From assembly GCA_029259155.1 (NCBI GenBank), contig JAPDJI010000006.1:1-64000 (forward strand): 64,000 nucleotides of DNA, given 5' to 3'. A program made the translations under genes and the position numbers. This DNA comes from Candidatus Methanomethylicia archaeon (GTDB lineage Archaea > Thermoproteota > Methanomethylicia > Nezhaarchaeales > B40-G2). The notes beneath the pieces are model-generated. The model made no database searches, was not told the origin of the DNA, and saw only the letters and a program-made list of their open reading frames with translations. Shown in pieces: positions 57,011 to 64,000 of the stretch (its first letter is position 1; each line of letters starts with the position of its first letter).

Positions 57011-57523
57011 TTGATCAATATGGACCGTGAGTATTTGCCCTCCATGTCCATCGAACAGGCCTTCCTACCAAATGGACGTAAAGTGGAAGTTAGGATAGTT
57101 AGACATCCAGGAGCGGTAGCTATCTTGCCAGTTTTTAATGACCGTCGCTTGATCCTACTGAGACAGTATAGACCTACCATTAACAGGTGGCTGGTGGAAA
57201 TACCCGCTGGGACCCTAAAGCCTGGAGAAACCCCTGAAGACTGTGCGAGACGCGAACTCCTAGAAGAGACCGGATACGAAGCTGAGGAGCTAACAAAGCT
57301 TTTAGAGGTTTACCTTGCCCCCGGCTACAGCGATGAGCTGCTCCACGTTTTCATAGCCAAGGGTTTAAGGTTTAAAGGAGCTAGCCCTAGGCTTGACGAG
57401 GTGATCGAGACTATGACCATAGAATTAAGCGAGGCTTTAGAAATGGTGGCCCGCAACGAGATAAGAGACGCTAAGACCATTGCGGCCTTGCTTTACTTAG
57501 CCTCCTTTCAACGTCAGCTTTAA
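57011..57523 (+). CDS. Nudix hydrolase (ADP-ribose pyrophosphatase-like)
   Basis: HPGAV, QYR, EIPAG..KPGE....CARRELLEETG, IRDAKT. Confidence 0.92.
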   Translation: MINMDREYLPSMSIEQAFLPNGRKVEVRIVRHPGAVAILPVFNDRRLILLRQYRPTINRWLVEIPAGTLKPGETPEDCARRELLEETGYEAEELTKLLEVYLAPGYSDELLHVFIAKGLRFKGASPRLDEVIETMTIELSEALEMVARNEIRDAKTIAALLYLASFQRQL

Positions 57524-57555
57524 AAAGCCTCTCTTCACCTACTCTGCGACCTTAC

Positions 57556-57939
57556 TTGCATGAGTTCTCCGTCATGCAGTCGATGGTGGAGATGATCCTT
57601 AGCATGGCTGAAGCTAAGGGTGCAGTTAAGGTACTATCGGTTTCCCTGCGTGTAGGAGAGCTTACTTTCCTTAATCCTGAGCAGTTAAGGTTCGCCTTCG
57701 AAGTCTTAACGGAGGGCACCATAGCTCAAGGCGCATCCCTCCTAATAGAGTCTGTTAAGCCCGCGGTCAGGTGTAGGAGATGTGGCTATGAGGGGGAGGT
57801 AGATTACCGGGGAGAAGAAGTACACTTACCTCTCGTCGTGCCCTTATCGGTTAAGTGTCCGAAGTGTGGCGGCGACGTGGAGCTGATAGCCGGGAGGGAG
57901 TGCACTCTAACCTCCATCAAAGTGAAGCTTGATGAGTAG
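57556..57939 (+). CDS. hypA: Hydrogenase nickel metallochaperone HypA
   Basis: MHEFS, VGELT, CRRC...CPKCG, GRE. Confidence 0.93.
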   Translation: MHEFSVMQSMVEMILSMAEAKGAVKVLSVSLRVGELTFLNPEQLRFAFEVLTEGTIAQGASLLIESVKPAVRCRRCGYEGEVDYRGEEVHLPLVVPLSVKCPKCGGDVELIAGRECTLTSIKVKLDE

Positions 57940-57998
57940 ATGGTTTAACGTTGCTGTGTTCAATGTATACTACGCTGTTGAGGCTAATGGACGTAGCC

Positions 57999-58871
57999 CT
58001 AAGCTTCCTTAAACAGCCCCTTAATGGACGTAGCGCTTAGGTCTTTGGGGGGTACAAGGTGCAGGTGGAGGCCTACGTCTTCAACAGGATGAAAGCCTAA
58101 AGCTAAGCCTACTAACTGCGAGACGTGGAGCACGGGGATAACTTTATCGAGCTCGCCGAGGTCTCTCATCTGGTACTGCGTCTTATCTATCATTAGCTGG
58201 CAGGCAGTACACATCACTAATATTAGGTCTGCGTCTGCGTCCACCATGCTCGTTACCTTTAGCCTCGACACCGGGCTAAGGGCTTCTAGGACCCAGGGCC
58301 ACTTCATGGCTGTGGCGCCGCAACACGTAGCTTTCTCTTCGTAGCTCAGTACGTTCGCACCGAGCGATAAAGCTATATCTTCTAGTAGATCCTCGCCATC
58401 CACGCCCTTAATGGCTTTAGCGTGCATGGCATAAGCGTAGTGACAGCCTACATGAGTAACCACATTAAGCCCTTTTAGGGAGTCCTGGGCCATCTCGCTT
58501 ATCTTCTCTCTGAGAAGCCATAGAACCTCAGCCACGTGTAGACACTCTATGTTCTCTGAAGGACTTTTCTTCAGAGCTACGTTAAACGTCCTGTAGCAGC
58601 CGTTGCAAGGCGTCACCACTACGTCGTGTTTGATCAGTCTTCGCATATTGTAGCTGGTCAACATCTTCAACTCCTCCCTACCTATCATCCCTGCTATTTC
58701 AAGCGGTAGGCCGCAGCAGACAACGTGTTCAGGACTGAGTACTTTGAAGCCTAGTTTCTCAAGCACCTTAATGGAGGAGTAAGTTACGCCGGGGTAAATG
58801 CTTGTAGCTATGCAGCCAGGGTAGAACGTTAAGCTCCTCCTCTTTAAGAGCTCCTCCATCTCAAGCCTCAC
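57999..58871 (-). CDS. hdrB: Heterodisulfide reductase subunit B
   Basis: Two CCG domains (YPGC...CCG...CNGC; HVGCH...CCG...CTAC); start probably GTG 58871 or ATG 58859. Confidence 0.88.
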   Translation of the reverse strand: MRLEMEELLKRRSLTFYPGCIATSIYPGVTYSSIKVLEKLGFKVLSPEHVVCCGLPLEIAGMIGREELKMLTSYNMRRLIKHDVVVTPCNGCYRTFNVALKKSPSENIECLHVAEVLWLLREKISEMAQDSLKGLNVVTHVGCHYAYAMHAKAIKGVDGEDLLEDIALSLGANVLSYEEKATCCGATAMKWPWVLEALSPVSRLKVTSMVDADADLILVMCTACQLMIDKTQYQMRDLGELDKVIPVLHVSQLVGLALGFHPVEDVGLHLHLVPPKDLSATSIKGLFKEA

Positions 58872-58872
58872 C

Positions 58873-59325
58873 TTAAGCTTTCTTGCCCCTCGGCTTAGGC
58901 CCTCGCCCCCCAATGATCTTTCTCAGCTCAGCTCTCACGTATTCTGGGAGCAGGCGAGGGTTAAGCCCCCTCGGCTCGTTGAAGTCGCGTACCTTATCAT
59001 TCACAGGCGCCATCATAACTCCTCGGCTCAGTATATTGTCGAGAGCCTCTAAGTAGACCTCTAAGTCGCCTCGCTCTAGACCTCTGCTCACGAGCATCCT
59101 TCTCAGCGCCTCTACGACCTCAGGTATGTGTACTGCATTGGGACATACGGCCTCACAGGTGTGACATAATAGGCAGAGCCAAAGGTGGTCGTGAAGCGCC
59201 TCTCTACCCATCGCTACGTTTAGCATGACTCTTCTAGGGCTGAAGCTCATTGTAGCTCTTGCTGATGGACAGGCAGATGTACATGCTCCACACTGGATAC
59301 ATCTGCGTCCTTCACTGAGTAGCAA
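58873..59325 (-). CDS. hdrC: Heterodisulfide reductase subunit C
   Basis: CIQCGACTSACP, SPRR, WLCLLCHTCEAVCP; directly upstream of hdrB. Confidence 0.88.
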   Translation of the reverse strand: MLLSEGRRCIQCGACTSACPSARATMSFSPRRVMLNVAMGREALHDHLWLCLLCHTCEAVCPNAVHIPEVVEALRRMLVSRGLERGDLEVYLEALDNILSRGVMMAPVNDKVRDFNEPRGLNPRLLPEYVRAELRKIIGGRGPKPRGKKA

Positions 59326-59358
59326 TTCTAAAATAACTCTTCACCTCCTATTGAATTT

Positions 59359-59736
59359 ATGTCGGAAGTCGAACTCATGCTGTTGGTAGCTAGGGTGCAC
59401 GGCGCTGAAGTAGTTTCACGGATATGTACTGCCTGCAGGGAATATGAGGATGCTGTAGCGCTAGCTTTAATCTCGAAGGTGGACGCTGAGAGGCTCGGGC
59501 TTAAGGATGGAGACCTCGTTGAGGTGTCTTCTATTACGTCTGTAGTGACCGTTAAGGTTAAGGTCTCCGATGAGGTACGTGAGGGGCAAGTCTTGATGCC
59601 GCAGAGCCCTTGGTCTATGTCGCTCATACCTAGCAGCTGGGCTTCAAGGCCATACCCTAGGCTTAGCGGACTCAAGGTAACGGTTAAGCGGTCTTCGGGT
59701 GAAGCAACCAGCCTTGACAAGCTACTCCACTCCTGA
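59359..59736 (+). CDS. fwdD: FwdD-like molybdopterin-dinucleotide-binding-fold protein (divergent)
   Basis: EY..A.A....DAERLGLKDGDLVEV...G.V.MP.SPW...P..SG..V.V; the TGR and GPWAN motifs are altered. Confidence 0.72.
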   Translation: MSEVELMLLVARVHGAEVVSRICTACREYEDAVALALISKVDAERLGLKDGDLVEVSSITSVVTVKVKVSDEVREGQVLMPQSPWSMSLIPSSWASRPYPRLSGLKVTVKRSSGEATSLDKLLHS

Positions 59737-61029
59737 GAACTCTTTCCTCAACCTCTCGAGGTCGCCGCGCTCGAAGAGTATCCTAACCTTTGGGGAGGCG
59801 AAGATCTTGATGGCCTCCTCGACTCTTCTCTTAACCAGCTCGAAGCCTGCTGGAAGAGGTGGTATAGGTCTCGGGGGCGGCGGCACGTACTCTTCTGTGG
59901 GAAGCTCTACTTTCCTCGCGTATAGCTCGCCCCTTGGCGCTCTGTAGCCTTCAAGCACTTTCTTAAAGAACTCTTCATAGCTAGCTGACCAAGGGGCTCT
60001 ACCTTTCTCAATCCTCATGTGCTTTCTCCTAACCTCTAAGGCCTCGACAGGACAGGCCTCCTCGCAGGCTCCACAGTATATGCAAGCTTCCTTGACAGCC
60101 GATACCTTGTCTGGTCCCACTGCCTTAGAGACGTATATTGCCTTAGTCGGACAAATGTTGATGCAGTTTTTACATCCTGAAGGATCGCACTTATCAGGGT
60201 TAACCATGACCACCTCTCCGTCAAAGGGGGGCTCACAGCTTACAGCCTCGGTGGGACATACCTTAGCGCATAGCCCACAGTAGACGCAGAGCTCTTCGTC
60301 GACCTCCACCGAGCCGCTTACGCGAGGCTTCTCTACGACCCTCGGCGCAGCCTTTGTACACTCGACCTTTATAGCGTCCGTCGGACATATCTCCTCGCAT
60401 AGGCCACAGTAGTCGCAGAGCTCCTCGTTGACGATGATTGTTAGCCCCGGCTTAAAGCTGGGCGCTTCAGGCCGAGTCCACTCAATCCGTAGCGCATCGC
60501 AGAGATCTTCGCATAGGCCGCAGTAACAACACTTCTCTAGGTCTACAGCTATCTTGCCCTCGGCGTACCTATCAGCTGTCTCGTACTTGACAAGGTCTTC
60601 CTTCTTAGCCACCTCGACCTTAGCCTTGATGGCTACACGAGGGCACACGCGCTCGCATAGGTGGCATGGGATGCACTTGTCCTCATCGATCGATATGGAG
60701 CCCTCGACCCTTGGGTACTCCTCCTCGTGCTCGATGTTGACCTTGAGGGCGTGGGTAGGGCAGATTGACGAACATAGGGGGCATATCACGCACTTGCCCT
60801 CGTCTATCATTATGAGGGGGGCCTCCAACTTACCTGAAGCGACCTCCTTAATGGGCCCCAAGCTAATGGCGTTAGTGGGGCACACCTTGACGCATAGACC
60901 GCAGCCCACACAACGATCGATTATGAAGGTTAGCTCCTTACCTAATACAACGCCCTGCCACCTGTAGAGCAGGAGATTTTCCTCTATCGCTGAGAGCTCG
61001 GTGATGGGCTTCTCAGACAAAGCTTCCAC
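59722..61029 (-). CDS. fwdF: Polyferredoxin FwdF-like
   Basis: Many CxxCxxCxxxCP motifs; N-terminal CVGCGLCVKVCP...LGP as in FwdF. Confidence 0.85.
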   Translation of the reverse strand: MEALSEKPITELSAIEENLLLYRWQGVVLGKELTFIIDRCVGCGLCVKVCPTNAISLGPIKEVASGKLEAPLIMIDEGKCVICPLCSSICPTHALKVNIEHEEEYPRVEGSISIDEDKCIPCHLCERVCPRVAIKAKVEVAKKEDLVKYETADRYAEGKIAVDLEKCCYCGLCEDLCDALRIEWTRPEAPSFKPGLTIIVNEELCDYCGLCEEICPTDAIKVECTKAAPRVVEKPRVSGSVEVDEELCVYCGLCAKVCPTEAVSCEPPFDGEVVMVNPDKCDPSGCKNCINICPTKAIYVSKAVGPDKVSAVKEACIYCGACEEACPVEALEVRRKHMRIEKGRAPWSASYEEFFKKVLEGYRAPRGELYARKVELPTEEYVPPPPRPIPPLPAGFELVKRRVEEAIKIFASPKVRILFERGDLERLRKEFSGVE

Positions 61030-63400
61030 CTCCAGTGGCCTCGGAGCCTATTGGCCCGAGGTTAGCCACCTCATCCACGAACCATCTTATCAGCTCCGCC
61101 AGCCTCTTTCCCTCAGTCGCTGAAGCCCCGTCGATGTGGAGCCTCCTAGGGTTTATGCCTACCTCCTTCAACACTTCCCTGAGGGCTGAGGCCCTTTCAT
61201 TAGCCTTCGCCCTGCCGGAGCGGTAGTGACAGTCTTGTTCGTGGCAGCCAACTATGAGCACGCCGTCAGCCCCCAACTCAAAGGCCTCTAGCACGTGTAC
61301 CGGCGTGACCCTAGCTGAACAAGGCACCCTGATGACCCTCACGTTAGTCGGGTAGGGAATCTTGCTAGTCCCAGCGTTGTCTGCGGCTGCGTAGCCGCAC
61401 CACTGGCACATGAAGGCCACTATGAGCGGGAACTCCTTCTTCTCGGACAGCAGGGCCTTAAGCATGAGCGATATCTGCTCGTTGCTCAGGATCCCGCCGG
61501 GAGGAGATAGAGCTCCTGTCGGACACACTGCATAGCATGCTCCACAGCCTCGGCAGGCTAGCTCATCTACCTCCACCTTCCCCTTCTCCACCTTCAGGGC
61601 TCCGAAGAGGCATGCATTTACGCAAGCGAAGCATCGCTTACATGTACTTGGATCAATGGTAGGAGCGTAGACCTCAACCTCAACCTCACCTCTCTTGATG
61701 AGCTCTGCTGCCCTAGCCGCCGCAAGCCCAGCTTGCATGACAGACTCGGTTATATCCTTAGGCCCTGTGCACGCTCCCGCCACGAAGATTCCTTTGCTGA
61801 AGGTGTCGGCTGGGTTAAGCTTTAAGTGATACTCAGCTAGGAAGTCGTAATCGCTTAGCTGTAGGCCGAGGAGCTTGGCCAGCTCCCTATTGTCTGGGGG
61901 CGCCTCCACGCCTACGCTGAGTACGACGAGGTCGAACTCCTCCTCGACCATCTCTGAGGAGAGTGTGTCCTCGTAGAAGATCTTGATCCTCCCTTGCTTC
62001 GTGGCCCTAAGCTGCCCTACCTTCGCCCTTAGGAAGCGTACGCCCAGCTCCAGGGCCCTCCTGTAGGCTTCCTCACACGCCTTGCCAATGGCTCTCACGT
62101 CGGTGTAGAAGATGGCAACGTCGACGTCGGGGAGCATGAGCTTGGTCTGTATGCTCTGCTTGATGGCGTTCATGCAACATACTCGGCTACAGTAAGGCCT
62201 CCCAATCCTGTCAGACCTGCTCCCCACACACTGTATGAAGGCTACTTTCTTAGGTTGCGCCCCGTCCGATAACCTAATTATTTTTCCCTTGGTTGGACCC
62301 GAGCTATTAAGCATCCTTTCGTACTCGGGCCCCGTCACGACGTCGAGGCACCTGCCATAAAGGTATTCTGGAAGCCCCCGCGGGTCAAAGGGCTTGAAGC
62401 CGGTGGCTACGATGATGGCCCCTACCTTGAACTCGATGTAAGAGTCTTGGTCCTTGAAGTTTATAGCTTTAGGATCGCATACCCCGAGGCACGACATGCA
62501 GCCAATACACCTACTCATATCTATGTAAGGCGCTGGAGGGACGGTTTCTGGCGAGGGCTTAACGATGGCCCTCCTCATACCTATACCGTAGTCGTACTCG
62601 CTGGGGGCCTCGATGGGGCATACATCGAGGCACTTATTGCACCCGTTGCAGAGCTTTTCATCGATGTACCGAGCCTTCTTCAACACCTTCACGGTGTAGT
62701 TGCCGGGCGCACCCTTGACCTCTACGACCTCGCTCAGCGTGTACACGTCTATTAGGGGGTGGTTGTACACCTTCGAGAGTTGGGGGCCTAGCACGCAAAT
62801 GCTGCAGTCAAGGGTTGGATAGACCTTGTCCCACTTGGCCATGTGCCCCCCTATGAAGCCCTCCTTCTCCACGAGGTATACCTTGATCCCCATGTCGGCA
62901 AGGCTTAGAGCGGCTGTGATCCCTGCTACGCCTCCACCTATGACTAGGACCGCTTTCTCCACGGGCAGCTTTGCTACCTTAGCCTCCCTGGCGTAAGGCG
63001 CTGCGGCTATGGCCATGCTGACCAGGTCAGCGGCCTTGACGGTAGCTCTATCTGGGTCGTGTGCGTGGACCCATGAGCACTGTTCCCTCAGGTTAACTAT
63101 CTCCACGAAGCCTCTATTGAGGCCAGCCTCCTCAGCGGCGTTCTTGAAGAGCTCGCTGTGTAGTGTAGGGGTGCAGCATCCTATGATTAAGCGGCTAGCC
63201 TTCTCCTCCTTTAAGGCCTCTTTTATTTTTCTTAGGCCATCATCGCTGCAGCAGTGCTCATGTTCATAGAAGGCTACGTCTGAGTACTTCTCAGATAGAG
63301 TTTTAATGACCTTACCTACATTTACTACCCCTGCGATGTTTGAGCCGCAGTGACAGATGAAGGTCAGGACCTTGCTGGGAGCTCCCCCCGCACCGTCCAG
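61013..63400 (-). CDS. hdrA: Heterodisulfide reductase subunit A fused to MvhD; true start lies upstream of the ORF-track start
   Basis: Frame open from 63409 (FICHCGSNIAG, CS, GCCTP..H, NLREQCSWVH, GGGVAG, QCVGSR, CSRVCC); C-terminal MvhD (FMCQWCGYAAAD, RVPCSARV, GC...CHY). Confidence 0.9.
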   Translation of the reverse strand: MDGAGGAPSKVLTFICHCGSNIAGVVNVGKVIKTLSEKYSDVAFYEHEHCCSDDGLRKIKEALKEEKASRLIIGCCTPTLHSELFKNAAEEAGLNRGFVEIVNLREQCSWVHAHDPDRATVKAADLVSMAIAAAPYAREAKVAKLPVEKAVLVIGGGVAGITAALSLADMGIKVYLVEKEGFIGGHMAKWDKVYPTLDCSICVLGPQLSKVYNHPLIDVYTLSEVVEVKGAPGNYTVKVLKKARYIDEKLCNGCNKCLDVCPIEAPSEYDYGIGMRRAIVKPSPETVPPAPYIDMSRCIGCMSCLGVCDPKAINFKDQDSYIEFKVGAIIVATGFKPFDPRGLPEYLYGRCLDVVTGPEYERMLNSSGPTKGKIIRLSDGAQPKKVAFIQCVGSRSDRIGRPYCSRVCCMNAIKQSIQTKLMLPDVDVAIFYTDVRAIGKACEEAYRRALELGVRFLRAKVGQLRATKQGRIKIFYEDTLSSEMVEEEFDLVVLSVGVEAPPDNRELAKLLGLQLSDYDFLAEYHLKLNPADTFSKGIFVAGACTGPKDITESVMQAGLAAARAAELIKRGEVEVEVYAPTIDPSTCKRCFACVNACLFGALKVEKGKVEVDELACRGCGACYAVCPTGALSPPGGILSNEQISLMLKALLSEKKEFPLIVAFMCQWCGYAAADNAGTSKIPYPTNVRVIRVPCSARVTPVHVLEAFELGADGVLIVGCHEQDCHYRSGRAKANERASALREVLKEVGINPRRLHIDGASATEGKRLAELIRWFVDEVANLGPIGSEATGGGSFV

Positions 63401-63431
63401 CCTAGCCGTCTAGACCACCTTCATTAAGCGT

Positions 63432-64000
63432 TTAGAGCGAGGAGCTCAACCTCTCAAGGAACACCTCCTCGTCAGCCACGCTGGCTGGAGGCTTAAGGAA
63501 GGGTTTAAGCTTCACTTCGACGCCGTCCATCCTCGTAACTGTCCCTCCACTCTCAACACCCATTATTGAGAGCGGAACCGAGACTTTCCCGTTAGAGAAG
63601 GTCCAGGTAGCCCTCTCCTCTAGGACTATTGTTGGGATCCTCATTAAAGCCTTAACTGCTAGAGGGGTTAGTTCCTCGGACACCTCGCTTTTAACTATGA
63701 GTGCTGCGTCCACCCCTTCCCGCTCGAGCTGGCAAGTTGCAGTAGCCTCAGGGGACATGTGTTCTTTAAGGGCTGAGAAATCCAGGGCCCGTGGCGCGCC
63801 CCCAAGCTTCTTTGTGATGAGGGCTTGGCCCATAGAGTTCACGTACTCAGCCATAGGCATTATGGAGACCTTCTTTCCAAGCTCAAGCAGCGACCTAGCC
63901 AGCTCAGCCATGGAGCTTAAAGCCTCTTCAGGCTTCTCCGACTGAAGTAGTCCGCGGCCGATGAACATAGCCACGTAGGTGGCCGGCTTAAGGTCCTTAA
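63432..64000 (-). CDS. fwdB: FwdB-like protein, C-terminal part (5'-truncated by window edge)
   Basis: F.G.GL, DAALIV, IP.IV, GVE.GGT..RMDGV...LK; the PMRGHYN motif appears as PMAEYVN. Confidence 0.75.
   Translation of the reverse strand, partial: KDLKPATYVAMFIGRGLLQSEKPEEALSSMAELARSLLELGKKVSIMPMAEYVNSMGQALITKKLGGAPRALDFSALKEHMSPEATATCQLEREGVDAALIVKSEVSEELTPLAVKALMRIPTIVLEERATWTFSNGKVSVPLSIMGVESGGTVTRMDGVEVKLKPFLKPPASVADEEVFLERLSSSL

Noticed and set aside
61013-63424. Selenocysteine (TGA) recoding in hdrA/mvhD as the reason for the short ORF call
   Set aside because: No in-frame TGA; the truncation comes from the lack of a canonical start after a TAG
1706-63945. Numerous antisense or alternate-frame ORFs in the track (e.g. 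9851-10303, 18326-18877, 40322-40786, 59328-59720, 60554-60967)
   Set aside because: They lie opposite or within motif-supported genes and show the Ser/Thr/Pro-rich composition typical of shadow ORFs
1-64000. Genome-wide reassignment of TAG to an amino acid
   Set aside because: Many intact genes end at TAG at their expected C-termini (e.g. marC, DUF169, MutS-like, MFS, alba, hypA)
1-64000. tRNA, rRNA, transposase or integrase genes
   Set aside because: No cloverleaf or T-loop signature, rRNA-like sequence, or DDE/tyrosine-recombinase motifs were recognised by eye

Overview
Gene-dense window from a thermophilic archaeon of the Thermoproteota/TACK group. Evidence: Alba, RPS25e, ThermoDBP-RP, archaemetzincin and frequent TTG/GTG starts. 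F420 biosynthesis and hdrABC-mvhD-fwd genes suggest a Nezhaarchaeales/Methanomethylicia-like organism (inference). Most of the window is housekeeping: a 2-oxoacid:ferredoxin oxidoreductase operon, serB, uppS, cofD/cofC, kptA, ABC systems and a MutS-like ATPase. A decayed accessory patch lies at about 14-18 kb (vapBC, HEPN, trmO and Toprim remnants). The strongest novelty candidates are: (1) a GC-rich block with a complex I-like NuoN/L/M antiporter triad in a contiguous run with TrkA/RCK proteins, lacking any redox module or small Mrp subunits, next to a ClC and TrkH, and carrying a 65-nt perfectly identical tract between two paralogs; (2) an hdr-fwd cluster whose FwdB/FwdD look cofactor-degenerate and whose hdrA has no canonical start after an in-frame TAG; (3) a catalytically degenerate homocitrate-synthase-like protein with a RAM domain directly downstream of korABCD; (4) a palindrome-dense, AT-rich intergenic region with a single CRISPR-like repeat; (5) an AEP primase-polymerase fusion with a PIP-like tail. 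No tRNA, rRNA or multi-repeat CRISPR array was recognised. All family assignments come from motif recognition by eye, not database searches.
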